From: an uncultured Gammaproteobacteria bacterium
Lineage (GTDB): Bacteria > Patescibacteriota > Microgenomatia > UBA8517
Assembly: GCA_964583685.1 (NCBI GenBank)
Contig: CAZOVJ010000002.1
Span: forward strand, 45,055-109,054
Reading direction: 5' to 3'
DNA length: 64,000 bases
Part shown: positions 46,166-56,851 of the stretch, one piece after another
Numbering within the stretch: position 1 is the stretch's first letter
Layout of the letters: every line of letters starts with the position of its first letter
The notes under the pieces: generated by a model
What the model was told of the DNA's origin: nothing
Database searches by the model: none
The model's input: only the letters and a program-made list of their open reading frames with translations
Translations under genes and position numbers: made by a program

Positions 46166-47212
46166 ATGGCCAATTTAACTCGGGTAGCAACGACCACCAG
46201 AAAAATAATTCGTTATTCTATTTACGCCGTTATCTTCTTAATCGTCTTGAGAATGCTCTGGGGCATCGGAAAAAATATTTATAGAACCCTCTTTCCAGCA
46301 CCACCTCCTCCACCAACAGTTGCTTTTGACAAGTTACCCAAACTTCCCTTTCCCGAAAAAAAGAATTTACCCAAACTTGAGTATAAAGTTGAGACCCCAG
46401 AAGGAGAGCTTCCTGTTCTTCCCTCCCAAATAATTGTTTACTTTATGCCCAAACTCTCGGTTCATTTACTTTCTCTGGATATCGCCCGTGAGAAAGCAGT
46501 CAAACTCGGTTTCTCTCCAGAAAGTCAAGAAATCTCAGCCACCGTTTATCGGTTTTTCCACAGCAAAACTTCGGCCATTCTTGAAATGAACATTGTCAGT
46601 GGCATTTTTTCAATAAGCTATAATCTGCCAACTGATTTCGCTCTCTCGCAGGGGCAGCCCCCATCTCCGGAAATTGCTGCCTCGCGAGTAAGATCTTTTC
46701 TTTCTTCAGCCAATCTCTTACCAGAAGACTTAACTGGCATAACTACTCACCAGTTCTTAAAAGTAGAAAGTCAAAACCTAGTTGACGCTATTTCTCTGTC
46801 TGAAGCAGACCTAATCAAAATTAATCTCTTTAGAAAATCTTATAATCAACTCCCCAGCTTAACGCCTAAGCCTAATGAGGCAAATATCTGGTTTATCGCC
46901 AGTGGTGTCAGGCAAAGAGAAAAACAGATAATCGCTGCTCAATTCCATTATTTCCCGGTTGATGAAAGTCAATCGGCAACATATCCGATTAAAACCAGCC
47001 AAGAAGCCCTGGATAAATTAGTTGCCGACAAAGGTTATATTGCCAATTTGGGCTTAAACGAGGATGGAAAAATTACAATACGTAAAATCTATCTCGCTTA
47101 TTATGATTCTGGAGTCCGGACAGAGTTTTACCAGCCGATAATTGTCTTTGAAGGAGACCATGGCTTTACCGCCTATGTTCCAGCCGTCACGGATGATTAT
47201 TATGGAGAATAA
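46166..47212 (+). CDS. Membrane-anchored hypothetical protein
   Basis: N-terminal TM plus poly-Pro linker. Confidence 0.7.
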   Translation: MANLTRVATTTRKIIRYSIYAVIFLIVLRMLWGIGKNIYRTLFPAPPPPPTVAFDKLPKLPFPEKKNLPKLEYKVETPEGELPVLPSQIIVYFMPKLSVHLLSLDIAREKAVKLGFSPESQEISATVYRFFHSKTSAILEMNIVSGIFSISYNLPTDFALSQGQPPSPEIAASRVRSFLSSANLLPEDLTGITTHQFLKVESQNLVDAISLSEADLIKINLFRKSYNQLPSLTPKPNEANIWFIASGVRQREKQIIAAQFHYFPVDESQSATYPIKTSQEALDKLVADKGYIANLGLNEDGKITIRKIYLAYYDSGVRTEFYQPIIVFEGDHGFTAYVPAVTDDYYGE

Positions 47213-48102
47213 AATTCTATTTCCTGCCATTGATAGTTGTCAAAAATCCATTCAATAAGTTCTTTTGTTTCGCCAAATCTATCTTGACTACCAAGAAGAG
47301 CAATCAAAATCTTTCTATTATCACGCTCAATGTAGGTAATTAAATTTTCTCGAGCACTTTCTGTCCAGCCGGTCTTAACTCCCAAAACTCCCTCAACACT
47401 CCTTAATAACTCATTAATATTGGATAAATGGTGAACAATTTTACCTCCAGAACTTTTAACCAGCCTCTCTTTTGTGGCCACAATTTTGGCAAAAATTGGG
47501 TCCTGCATGGCGACAGTAGCCAAGCGTAACATGTCTCTGGCGGTTGAAACATGGCCTTCACTTCCCAGTCCTGTCGGGTCCGTAAAATGGGTATCATTAA
47601 GTTTGATCTGTTTTGCCTTGAGATTCATCTCGGCAATAAAATTATCCCTTCCTCCCTGATAATTTTGGGCTAAAACCTCAGCCGCATCATTGGCAGAAAA
47701 AATCAAAAGCCCGTATAAAAGATTTTCAACTGAGATTTTCTCTCCAGATACAAGGTACATTTTTTGGCCTTTAACCTTGATTCTCTTTACTTCTAAAATT
47801 TGCTCGGGAGAATAAAAATCCATGGCTACCAAGGCGGTGGCAATTTTGGTAGTTGAGGCTGGAAAAAAAGGTGAATCTGCGTTCTTTTCATAAAGAAAGA
47901 CTCCAGAGTCCAAATCAACGGCTATCACTCCTTGCCCAGAAAAAAGAGGAAAGGTGGTATCTTTGGAAAGCATTGGCAGTGGAGCCAAGGATTCTTGAAC
48001 AATCGGTTTTTTCTCTTCCGGGAGAGTATTTTCCTTTGAAAGTGCCAGACTGCAACTGCTAATAAACACAAAGGAAAGAAGAGAAAGATAAAGTAACTTC
48101 AT
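47200..48102 (-). CDS. D-alanyl-D-alanine carboxypeptidase (S11)
   Basis: ASTTK, SAND and KTG motifs. Confidence 0.9.
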   Translation of the reverse strand: MKLLYLSLLSFVFISSCSLALSKENTLPEEKKPIVQESLAPLPMLSKDTTFPLFSGQGVIAVDLDSGVFLYEKNADSPFFPASTTKIATALVAMDFYSPEQILEVKRIKVKGQKMYLVSGEKISVENLLYGLLIFSANDAAEVLAQNYQGGRDNFIAEMNLKAKQIKLNDTHFTDPTGLGSEGHVSTARDMLRLATVAMQDPIFAKIVATKERLVKSSGGKIVHHLSNINELLRSVEGVLGVKTGWTESARENLITYIERDNRKILIALLGSQDRFGETKELIEWIFDNYQWQEIEFYSP

Positions 48103-48123
48103 AGATAATTCAAAATTAAAAAT

Positions 48124-48591
48124 TCAAAATGCAAAATTTCCCAATTTCGGTTTTACAAGTTTGCAATAATCCTGATACTCCATCTTGATAGACTTATCAT
48201 GCAATCCGGCATTGAAAACAATCTTTTTATTTCTATTCAAAGATTCATCCACATAAACAGGCAGATTGTGTAAATTACCTAGAGGGTGAATAGCTCCCAC
48301 CTTAATATCCATTAGTCGTTCGACCTCACCCGGAGTTGCCATGACCAGATTTTTAATCTTAAACATATTTTTAAACTTCCGGGTATCAACCTTTTTATCA
48401 CCAGAAATAACTATCATAATCGGCCTCTTATCAGCCAAAAAAATAAGAGCCTTGGCCCCAATTCTTAAACTTGTACCTCGAAGTTTTGCTGCCTGCTCAC
48501 TGGTAAAAACCGGCTTATGCTCTAAAAGCTGATACTTAATATTCTTATTTGATAAAAGTTTGATAATCCTCTGAAAAACTAGCTCGCTCAC
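48124..48591 (-). CDS. YbaK/aminoacyl-tRNA deacylase family
   Basis: H.PV.TS..AA..RG, AKAL, VG..P.G, FNAG. Confidence 0.85.
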   Translation of the reverse strand: MSELVFQRIIKLLSNKNIKYQLLEHKPVFTSEQAAKLRGTSLRIGAKALIFLADKRPIMIVISGDKKVDTRKFKNMFKIKNLVMATPGEVERLMDIKVGAIHPLGNLHNLPVYVDESLNRNKKIVFNAGLHDKSIKMEYQDYCKLVKPKLGNFAF

Positions 48592-49982
48592 CTTTTCTTT
48601 TTTATAACCCTTATCTTGAGTTCTTTAAGCTGCTCTTCAGTCGCCTCACTGGGAGCATCCATTACTGCAGTCGTTCCGCTTGCAGTCGTGGGAAAAGCGA
48701 TTACTTCACGAAGGCTTGGCTCCCCAAGAACAACCATTAAAAATCTATCAATTCCCAATGCAATCCCACCGTGAGGCGGCACACCATAGGTAAAGGCAGT
48801 TAACATGTGTTCAAACTGCCTCTTCTGTCTCTCAGTAAATCCAATCAACTCAAAAACTTTCTCTTGAATCTCTGTTTGGTGAATTCTAATACTTCCACCA
48901 CCTACTTCGTGGCCATTTAAAACCATATCATGTTGAAGCCCTCGTACCTTCATAGGATCTTTATCAAGTAAAGGAATGTCATCAGGTCGTGGTGCTGTAA
49001 ACATATGATGAGACGGAGCGAATTTGGCACCTGCACCATGAAAGAAATCTTCTTTTGTTTGTTTTACAAAAAGTGGAAAGTCAACAATCCAGACAAAGGC
49101 CAGCTCATCGGGATTATCCTTGTCTTTTCTGAGATCCGGCTTGTCGCTACCATATTTTTTCAAGGCTTCCTTATGGGAAATTCTAGGCCAAGGCAATTTT
49201 CTAATCTTTTTATCTGGAAAAACTTCTTTAATTAATTTTGTAAAAAGTCTCTCTGTAATACTCAAAATATCTTCCTGCTTAACAAAGCTCATCTCCAAAT
49301 CAAGTTGGGTAAACTCACCATAGGCCCTGTCAGCTCGCGGGTCTTCATCCCTGAAGCACCTAGCTATCTGAAAATATCTTTCAAACCCGGCAACCATCAA
49401 AAGTTGCTTGTACTGTTGAGGAGATTGGGGAAGAGCATAGAACTTCCCCGGCTGAAGCCTTGAAGGAACAATAAAATCTCTTGCTCCCTCAGGAGTGGTT
49501 TTGGTCAAAATCGGAGTTTCTATTTCAATAAAATCTCGGTTTATCAAAAATTCTCTTATAAATTGGCTTGTTTGTGAACGAAGCTCCATGTTTCTAACCA
49601 TTCTTCTACATCTCAAGTCAAGATATCGGTATTTGAGTCTCTTTGACTCCTCTATGTCCCGGCCATCTACACTAATGGGGATGGGTAGTTCTTTGGCAAG
49701 AGACAAAATCTTAAATTCCTCAACCTTTACTTCAAGTCTACCTGTTATCAGTTTGGAGTTAATAAGTTCTTCCGGTCGTTTATTGACCTTTCCCACAATC
49801 TCAACAACACTTTCCATTGTTAATTTCGGTAGCTTGTCCACGACACACTGAACTATTCCAGTCCTGTCGCGAAGGTCAATGAAAATTATTTGGCCATGGT
49901 CACGAATACTGTTTACCCAACCCTGTAGTTTTATTCTCTGACCAATTTTATTGACAGTATCCTTACTTAAAGTCCGCTCCAT
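48588..49982 (-). CDS. aspS: Aspartate--tRNA ligase (short, lacks GAD insert)
   Basis: FIDLRD, TPEGARDF, LPQSPQ, FRDED.RADR, PPHGG.A.G.DR. Confidence 0.95.
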   Translation of the reverse strand: MERTLSKDTVNKIGQRIKLQGWVNSIRDHGQIIFIDLRDRTGIVQCVVDKLPKLTMESVVEIVGKVNKRPEELINSKLITGRLEVKVEEFKILSLAKELPIPISVDGRDIEESKRLKYRYLDLRCRRMVRNMELRSQTSQFIREFLINRDFIEIETPILTKTTPEGARDFIVPSRLQPGKFYALPQSPQQYKQLLMVAGFERYFQIARCFRDEDPRADRAYGEFTQLDLEMSFVKQEDILSITERLFTKLIKEVFPDKKIRKLPWPRISHKEALKKYGSDKPDLRKDKDNPDELAFVWIVDFPLFVKQTKEDFFHGAGAKFAPSHHMFTAPRPDDIPLLDKDPMKVRGLQHDMVLNGHEVGGGSIRIHQTEIQEKVFELIGFTERQKRQFEHMLTAFTYGVPPHGGIALGIDRFLMVVLGEPSLREVIAFPTTASGTTAVMDAPSEATEEQLKELKIRVIKKKR

Positions 49983-49992
49983 CTTCCCAATT

Positions 49993-51501
49993 TTACCCTT
50001 TTCCTTCCTCTTTTCTCAAATACTTATTTATCTCTTGTCTGGCTGTTGTAGTTACGACAAACTTTAACCAATCGGAATTTGCTTTTCTTGGATTTTTAGT
50101 TTTAATTATCTCCACCACCTGACCACTTTCCAATTGAAAGTCCAAGGGAACCATCTTGCCATCAACCTTTGCTCCCTTGACCCACTTTCCCAAATCAGTG
50201 TGGACGGCAAAGGCAAAATCCACAGGAGTTGCTCCAAAGGGCAAATCAAAAACATCTCCCTTGGGTGAAAAAATAAAATTCCTATGACGCAAAGCATCGA
50301 ACTTAACTGCTCTTAAAAACTCTTTTGGGTCAGTCATTTCCTCCTGCCATCTGACCAATTCCTTAACCCAAGAAAGTTTTTCTTTATCCATTTTTATTCT
50401 CCCTTTCTCTAATTGCTCATCCTTCGCCCCCTTTAACTTGACAGCCGCATAAACCCAGTGGCTAGCAACACCAAATTCTGCCTGTTTATGCATCTTATGA
50501 GTTCTAATCTGAATCTCAACAATTCTCCCCCTTGGCCCGAAAACCTTTGTATGAATAGAGCGGTAGCCATTAGGTTTTGGCTGAGCAATAAAATCAGAAA
50601 TTCCTATGTGGGGAACTGGCTTGTAAGCACCATGGACAATTCCCAGAGTTGTATAACATTGACTAATCTTATTAACTAAAATCCTTAAGGCAACAATATC
50701 ATTTATTTTATTAAAATCCTGGTTTATCTCTTTGCGTTCCAGTTTCCCCCATAAAGAATACAATCCCTTTTTACGGCCAGAAATCTTCGCTTTTATTTTT
50801 TCCTCTATCAGTTTTTGTAATAAAACCCTTTTCATCTTTTTCATATCTTCTGCTGCCTTTTTATAATGGGGCTTGGCTATAAATTGAAGTCTTCGGTAAT
50901 GCTCAGGGTAAACATAGGGAAAAGCTAAATCTTCAAGTTGGGTTTTAGCTTCACCAATACCCAAACGCTCAGCCAGGGGGGCATAGATATCTAAAGTCTC
51001 CTGGCCATTTTCTTTTTGTTTCTCCAGGGGAAGAGCTGAAAGGGTCTCCAAATTGTGAAGCCTGTCAGCGAGTTTGACCAAGATAACCCTTAAATCTTTA
51101 GCCATAACCAAGAGCATTTTCCTTAAATTTTCTATAAACTCTTCTTCTCTGCTGCCTTTAAGCCGGATGTTGGTAACCTTGGTCACTCCATCAACAAGCT
51201 GGGCCACCTCCTCCCCAAAACCCTTAACAATGTCTTTACGGGTCGCCCCGCCGTCTTCAACTGTATCGTGTAATAAACCAGCAATAATTGAGGTTGTATC
51301 TAATTCCCAACCTGCCAATTTTTGGCTAACCCTAAGTGGATGAAAAACAAAATCCTCACCAGAAAGTCTTTTTTGCCCTACATGAGCAATTTTGCTGAAT
51401 TTCCAAGCCTGCTTAATCTGGCTAATATTGGCTTGAGGATTATAAGATTCAACCAAAGCCAATAGTCCCTTAAACTCCTTTTCCAGGCTCCCTTTCTCCA
51501 T
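49993..51501 (-). CDS. RelA/SpoT family (p)ppGpp synthetase/hydrolase (HD, SYNTH, TGS)
   Basis: LLHDTVED, KLADRLHN, PKPNGY.SIH, EIQIRT, TPVDFAF.VH. Confidence 0.95.
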   Translation of the reverse strand: MEKGSLEKEFKGLLALVESYNPQANISQIKQAWKFSKIAHVGQKRLSGEDFVFHPLRVSQKLAGWELDTTSIIAGLLHDTVEDGGATRKDIVKGFGEEVAQLVDGVTKVTNIRLKGSREEEFIENLRKMLLVMAKDLRVILVKLADRLHNLETLSALPLEKQKENGQETLDIYAPLAERLGIGEAKTQLEDLAFPYVYPEHYRRLQFIAKPHYKKAAEDMKKMKRVLLQKLIEEKIKAKISGRKKGLYSLWGKLERKEINQDFNKINDIVALRILVNKISQCYTTLGIVHGAYKPVPHIGISDFIAQPKPNGYRSIHTKVFGPRGRIVEIQIRTHKMHKQAEFGVASHWVYAAVKLKGAKDEQLEKGRIKMDKEKLSWVKELVRWQEEMTDPKEFLRAVKFDALRHRNFIFSPKGDVFDLPFGATPVDFAFAVHTDLGKWVKGAKVDGKMVPLDFQLESGQVVEIIKTKNPRKANSDWLKFVVTTTARQEINKYLRKEEGKG

Positions 51502-51504
51502 GCT

Positions 51505-53178
51505 CTATTTTAACCTTAAATCTTTTATTTTCAATTGTAATTTCCTATTTCCATTCCAAACATTCTCTTCCAAACTATAGACGACATCAATAGTCATGGC
51601 TGGTGAAAGATTGGGAGAATAATTTCCAAAATTGAAAGCAATGGCTTCAAAAATTCTTTCCTTGTTTTCAAGTTTTAATTGCAAATGTTTTCCTCCGTTG
51701 CCGACGTTTCTCAATCCAACAATTTTTACATTCTTGGTCAGGAATATGGGCCTGGGGTTAGCAAGACCTGTTGGCTCAAAAGAGGAAATGATATCCTCCA
51801 GCTCCCAGTTTAAATGACTAAAGTCCAATTCCAAATCGATTTTGAATCTTCTGGTCAAAATATCAGTTGTGAGTTGGGGAACTGAAGCATCATTAAATCT
51901 TTGTCTAAATTCTTCAATCTTCTCTGTGGAAATACTGAATCCAGCGGCCATGGGATGACCTCCTCCCTCGATTAATAATTCATCTAGTTCTCTTATTGCC
52001 TCAATGATATTAAAGCCAGGAATTGACCGAGCCGAGGCCTTGGCAACTTCTCCCTTCTTGGCCAGTATAATTGTCGGACGATAAAACTCCGCAACCAGGC
52101 GACTGGCTACCAAACCAATAACTCCCTCGTGATAAGATTCACTGGCAAGAACTATCACACTTTGCTGTTCCTGTTTTCTCACTGTTTCCCTAGCTTGCGT
52201 CACTACTTTTTTAACCACCTGCTGGCGCTGGATATTTGTTTTATTTAAATTCAGAGCCAATTCTTTCGCTTTTCTCTCATCTCTAGTGCAAAGAAGTTCC
52301 AGTGACTTAATCGCTTTTCCCATTCTTCCCATAGCATTAATTCGCGGAGCAATAACAAAACCAAGATGATAAGTAGTCACATTCTTAGGATTTAAACCGC
52401 TAATTTCAAAAAGAGAAAGAAGTCCTAGTCTTTCAGTATTTTTTAATTCTTCCAGGCCGTATTTAAGCAAACTCCGATTGGCGCCGATAAGGGGTAGTTG
52501 GTCAGCAACCGTGCCAATAGCCACAAGCTCTAAGTCCCTTTGTGGGAGATTTTTGAATTTTTTTACAATTTCCTTAGCCACTATCCAAGCAACTGCCGAG
52601 CCACTAATCTTTTGACTGTGAATAATGGCCTGAGCTCTGGGTTTGGTCTTCCCCGGTTGATGATGGTCTGTAATCACCACATCTATCCCCAAATCTCGGG
52701 CAAAATCTACTTGCTTATTGGCAACAATTCCCTGGTCAACTGTAAAAATAAGACCTAACCCAGGATTTTCTTCCTTAAGCCTCTTTAAGGTTTCATTCTT
52801 GAGACCATAACCTTCTGAAAATCTTTCCGGTATATAGGGAAAGGTATCTGCCCCCAATTTCTCCAAACATTCCCATAAAATCGCAGTGGCGCAAACACCA
52901 TCAGCGTCATAATCTCCATAGACAACTATTTTTTCATTGTCGTTTATGGCCTGTTTTAAGCGATTTGCCGCTTTGCCAATCTCTTTTTGAGAAATCCCCA
53001 GCTCTTTTAAGCTCAACTTTTCTGCTGGAGTGGGGTTAAAAAATTCTTTTTTTTCTTTCTCGGTCTTTATTCCCCGATTTTTAAGAAGAATATCAACAAT
53101 TGGCCTGTGAACGGTGGTTGGTGTACGGTGGTCGGTGTACGGTGACTGGTGGAGAATTTCCCATTTTTTACTATTCAT
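51505..53178 (-). CDS. recJ: ssDNA-specific exonuclease RecJ
   Basis: GDYDADG, TDHH, GTVAD, PRINA.GR, GGH..AAG. Confidence 0.95.
   Translation of the reverse strand: MNSKKWEILHQSPYTDHRTPTTVHRPIVDILLKNRGIKTEKEKKEFFNPTPAEKLSLKELGISQKEIGKAANRLKQAINDNEKIVVYGDYDADGVCATAILWECLEKLGADTFPYIPERFSEGYGLKNETLKRLKEENPGLGLIFTVDQGIVANKQVDFARDLGIDVVITDHHQPGKTKPRAQAIIHSQKISGSAVAWIVAKEIVKKFKNLPQRDLELVAIGTVADQLPLIGANRSLLKYGLEELKNTERLGLLSLFEISGLNPKNVTTYHLGFVIAPRINAMGRMGKAIKSLELLCTRDERKAKELALNLNKTNIQRQQVVKKVVTQARETVRKQEQQSVIVLASESYHEGVIGLVASRLVAEFYRPTIILAKKGEVAKASARSIPGFNIIEAIRELDELLIEGGGHPMAAGFSISTEKIEEFRQRFNDASVPQLTTDILTRRFKIDLELDFSHLNWELEDIISSFEPTGLANPRPIFLTKNVKIVGLRNVGNGGKHLQLKLENKERIFEAIAFNFGNYSPNLSPAMTIDVVYSLEENVWNGNRKLQLKIKDLRLK
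53106..53154. repeat. Seven tandem degenerate 7-mers (GGTGNNN) inside the recJ 5' end
   Basis: tgtgaac ggtggtt ggtgtac ggtggtc ggtgtac ggtgact ggtggag. Confidence 0.75.
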
Positions 53179-53209
53179 AAAATTCCTCTTGAAGTATAAT
53201 GTTATCGTA

Positions 53210-54598
53210 ATGCAATTTAAGTTACCAGCAGAAATTATAAAAATTTTAAGAAAATTTGAGAATGCCGGATTTGAAATTTATATTGTCGGCGGTGCAGTGC
53301 GTGATCTCCTCATGGCCAGGCTGGTTAATGATTGGGATTTTACAACCAATGCCACTCCGGAAGAAATCTTAAAGCTCCTTCCTAAGGGATTTTACGATAA
53401 CAGATTTGGAACTGTTGGCCTAGTCAGTAAATTGGGCCCCAAACCCCATGAAATAACAACCTTTAGAACCGAGGTTGGTTACTCAGACAAAAGACACCCT
53501 GACAAAGTAGTTTGGGATAAAACTCTTAACCAAGACCTAGCCAGACGAGATTTCACCATTGATGCTATGGCCTTGCAGTTAAAAGCCAGGGGCAGCCTAC
53601 GCCTGTTTGACCCTTTTAATGGCCAAGAGGATTTAAAAAAGAAGCTTATTCGGGCCGTTGGCCATCCTCAAGATAGATTTTCTGAAGATGCCCTGCGTAT
53701 GCTACGGGCAATAAGAATTGCCACAGAATTAGGATTTACTATTGAAGAAAAAACCTTTGCTGCAATAAAGATGAACGCCACTTTAATCAATAAAATCGCC
53801 AAAGAGAGAATCCGCGATGAGTTTCTGAAAACACTTGCCTCGCCTCATCCTTACGAAGGCCTAATAATGTTAAAAAGTTCTGCTTTGATGCAGGAAATTC
53901 TCCCAGAATTTGAAAAAACATTTGGAGTAGAGCAAAAATGTCCTGGGAGGCACCATATTTATGATGTCGGGACCCATAGCCTTTTATCACTCAAAAATTG
54001 CAAGTCATTAGACCACATTGTCCGCCTGGCAACACTAATTCACGACATCGGTAAACCAAAAACCTATAAAAAGATGGCTAATGGGACAATAACTTTTTAC
54101 AATCACGAGGTTGTCGGAGCAAAAATTGCCAAAAGAATAGCTAAAAGACTGAGGTTTTCAAAAAAACAAAGAGAGAGATTAATAAAATTAGTGCGCTGGC
54201 ATCAGTTTACTGTTGATGAAAGGCAAACCGACTCGGCTATCAGACGCTTTATCAAACGAGTTGGTAAAGAGAACATTCTTGATATCCTCGATTTGCGAGT
54301 GGCTGATAGACTTGGTGGAGGAGCAAGAGAAACCTCTTGGAGACTTGAAGAATTCAAAAAACGCTTAATCGCCGTCCAAAAACAACCCTTTACTATCCAG
54401 GATATAAAAATCAGCGGCCATGATGTTATGAAAGAACTCGGCTTAAAACCTGGGCCAAAGGTTGGAGAAATTCTTGAACAGCTTTACCAAGAAGTTGTTG
54501 CCAAAAAACTGGGAAATGACAAAAAAGCCTTATTAAATCGCCTGAAGGAAATTAGACCTCCCCACATCAAGAAACCAGGTCAACTTCGTCGCCGATAA
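53210..54598 (+). CDS. cca: CCA tRNA nucleotidyltransferase with HD domain
   Basis: VGGAVRD...DWD, RRDFT, EDALRMLR, HDIGK; start MQFKL. Confidence 0.9.
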   Translation: MQFKLPAEIIKILRKFENAGFEIYIVGGAVRDLLMARLVNDWDFTTNATPEEILKLLPKGFYDNRFGTVGLVSKLGPKPHEITTFRTEVGYSDKRHPDKVVWDKTLNQDLARRDFTIDAMALQLKARGSLRLFDPFNGQEDLKKKLIRAVGHPQDRFSEDALRMLRAIRIATELGFTIEEKTFAAIKMNATLINKIAKERIRDEFLKTLASPHPYEGLIMLKSSALMQEILPEFEKTFGVEQKCPGRHHIYDVGTHSLLSLKNCKSLDHIVRLATLIHDIGKPKTYKKMANGTITFYNHEVVGAKIAKRIAKRLRFSKKQRERLIKLVRWHQFTVDERQTDSAIRRFIKRVGKENILDILDLRVADRLGGGARETSWRLEEFKKRLIAVQKQPFTIQDIKISGHDVMKELGLKPGPKVGEILEQLYQEVVAKKLGNDKKALLNRLKEIRPPHIKKPGQLRRR

Positions 54599-55151
54599 TC
54601 ATCACTCGGCTACCAGCAAGAATTCCCTGTAAAAAGGGGTCCCTACGCTTTTTTCTAAATTCAAATTCATCCCTGCTCATTACCGTGTAATTTATCTCTT
54701 TGCCTCTCCTTGATTCTTCAGCCCGTATAAGAGCAGCCAGTTCGGGTAGTACAATCTCTCCCGCTACAAGAATATCTACTTCATCTTCTTTTTTATGTTT
54801 TTTATGACGAACAAATCTACCAGAAAACATGACAAAAGAAGGCTTACCAATTTTATTCTTATTGGCAATAATTTGCGCCCCCAGACCGACTGATTTTGCC
54901 ACCATTGAAATTAAATCTCCAGAGAATAAATAATCATTCCTCAGCCAATAATAAATTCTATTGCCACGAGGTTCTTTTTTTAATATTCCGGCTGATTCCA
55001 TACGAGTAAGTTCTCGTCTGACTGCATTTATCTCCTCTTTTACTTCTCGGACAACGCCTCGCACATGATACATCTCAGTCGGATTGGCAAAATAAAGCTC
55101 TAATAGCTTTATCCTGACCCTTGAGGTAATAATGTCATTAAGCTCAGCCAT
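54567..55151 (-). CDS. wHTH transcriptional regulator fused to a nucleotidyltransferase-like domain
   Basis: SRVR.KLL..., VRREL.R, VDIL..G, INYTV. Confidence 0.65.
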   Translation of the reverse strand: MAELNDIITSRVRIKLLELYFANPTEMYHVRGVVREVKEEINAVRRELTRMESAGILKKEPRGNRIYYWLRNDYLFSGDLISMVAKSVGLGAQIIANKNKIGKPSFVMFSGRFVRHKKHKKEDEVDILVAGEIVLPELAALIRAEESRRGKEINYTVMSRDEFEFRKKRRDPFLQGILAGSRVMIIGDEVDLVS

Positions 55152-55175
55152 TCTTCTGAAGGGCAGGGGTTCTAT

Positions 55176-56390
55176 CTAATAATCAATCTCGTTTCCAGCA
55201 GGCACTGCTTCTATCCAAATCGGTCCTCTAACAAAAGCAATCTCGCTACCTTTATCATCGAAAAATCTTGTCCTACTTTCTCTGGACTGTTTTTTCCAAG
55301 TACCTTCAATAACCTCCCCGTTTTGGAAAAGCAACATCTTACCATTACCGATTGTCTTATAACTCATATGTTTATTTCTGTCAATGGGTCCACGTTCAAC
55401 CACAAACATAATAACAACATTCTTAGCTGAAATTTGTTGATTGTCATAGGCTAAATCTGTAAGTGACTCCCCTCCGTTAAATCTTAAATAACTATTTGTT
55501 GATGAATCGTATTTCCATTCAACATTATACTCCAGTTGACTACTCCAAAATTCAAATGAAATGTTAGTAGCCTGAGAAGAATCTACTGGCCCATCGTCTA
55601 TAAATCTCCAAGAAACAAATTTCTCATCCCATGAATTTCCAGCTTCATCTTTGGCAACAAAACCTCGTTTGCTTGCTTCGTCATAGGCAGCATCTGTAGA
55701 GACCATCATTGTATGCTCAGAAGCTACTGTCCTGCCCAATCTTTCAAGATTGCGCCAAAAGACAGGTAAACCTGAATCATAGGTTGTATCCAGATCATTT
55801 CCCTTGGGAACTCTCCAGCCAAGGGTTGAGAGGGCCTCCAAAGCTCTTACCTCCCGAGCCGTATCCCCATAACCAGCATAATCATTAGCACCACCAACAT
55901 GGACAAAGATAGGATTCTCTCCATACTCGGCCGCCCAGTCAATATAATAAATTCTTGCACTTCTTACAGGAGCCAGGTTTATGTTTTCTGCTGCCGCTCC
56001 GCAATAAAAAATAGCCAAAAAACGAGTTATTCCACCTTCGGCTACAGCTTCGTAAACAACATCTGCCTTAGACAGACCAGAAGGTGGCCGCGAATCCAGA
56101 TGATTCTCAATCATCACCGCCAAAGGGCGTCTTTCTTCCCATATATCCTTTTCAATCCTGGTAAACATTCCACCATTAAGAGGACAGGCTTCAGTCTTTG
56201 GCAAATCAATGTTTATCTTTGAACGAACTGACTGAAGCTCATCAGAAACAACTTCCAAACTAGGCTCGGTTGCCAAGTAGGAAAATAGTGCCCAAGAAGT
56301 ACCAGTTGAAATCAAATATAGGCCGATAAAACCCAAAAAGGCCATAAATTTTTTGCTTGTCAGAAATACTAATATTTTGTTATTTTTCAT
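55176..56390 (-). CDS. DUF3048 (YerB-like) protein
   Basis: RPLAVMIEN, GL..AD.VYE..AEGGITR, PVRSAR. Confidence 0.9.
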   Translation of the reverse strand: MKNNKILVFLTSKKFMAFLGFIGLYLISTGTSWALFSYLATEPSLEVVSDELQSVRSKINIDLPKTEACPLNGGMFTRIEKDIWEERRPLAVMIENHLDSRPPSGLSKADVVYEAVAEGGITRFLAIFYCGAAAENINLAPVRSARIYYIDWAAEYGENPIFVHVGGANDYAGYGDTAREVRALEALSTLGWRVPKGNDLDTTYDSGLPVFWRNLERLGRTVASEHTMMVSTDAAYDEASKRGFVAKDEAGNSWDEKFVSWRFIDDGPVDSSQATNISFEFWSSQLEYNVEWKYDSSTNSYLRFNGGESLTDLAYDNQQISAKNVVIMFVVERGPIDRNKHMSYKTIGNGKMLLFQNGEVIEGTWKKQSRESRTRFFDDKGSEIAFVRGPIWIEAVPAGNEIDY

Positions 56391-56851
56391 TTTTTCGCTT
56401 GCTCAATAGCCCTTTCTTCCTCTCTGGATAATTCATAAGAGCTTTCACCTTTTTTAACTGGTTTCACATAAATTCGTGTCCTCTCGCGAGCATGCAATCC
56501 AGTAATAACAACCCCCGAACTCTCTCCGTCTAAAATAGCCAAAGAAAAACTGTGTTCTCCTCCTGTTTCATTAAAAGGATTAAAGCGCATAAAACCTATT
56601 TTTTGGATATGAAAAAGGCTCTTTTTTTTAATCCCCTTGATATCTATTTTTAAAGATGCCAATTCTTTCCTGTTTCTTGTCTCTGCTTTTAATATTTTAT
56701 CTAAAATCTTTTGTAAATTTTCTTTTTTTGCACCCTTACTTAGCCTTTGATAATGGCTGAGTAATAAATAAAAAACCAGGCTCAAGACTACTAGCCAGGC
56801 TCCGAAAACAACTAATATTACAGGTAAAAAATTTCCTAAATTAAAAATCAC
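56387..56851 (-). CDS. DUF4446 family protein
   Basis: RFNPF..GG..SFS.A.LD, Y.K, LS.EE. Confidence 0.85.
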   Translation of the reverse strand: MIFNLGNFLPVILVVFGAWLVVLSLVFYLLLSHYQRLSKGAKKENLQKILDKILKAETRNRKELASLKIDIKGIKKKSLFHIQKIGFMRFNPFNETGGEHSFSLAILDGESSGVVITGLHARERTRIYVKPVKKGESSYELSREEERAIEQAKK

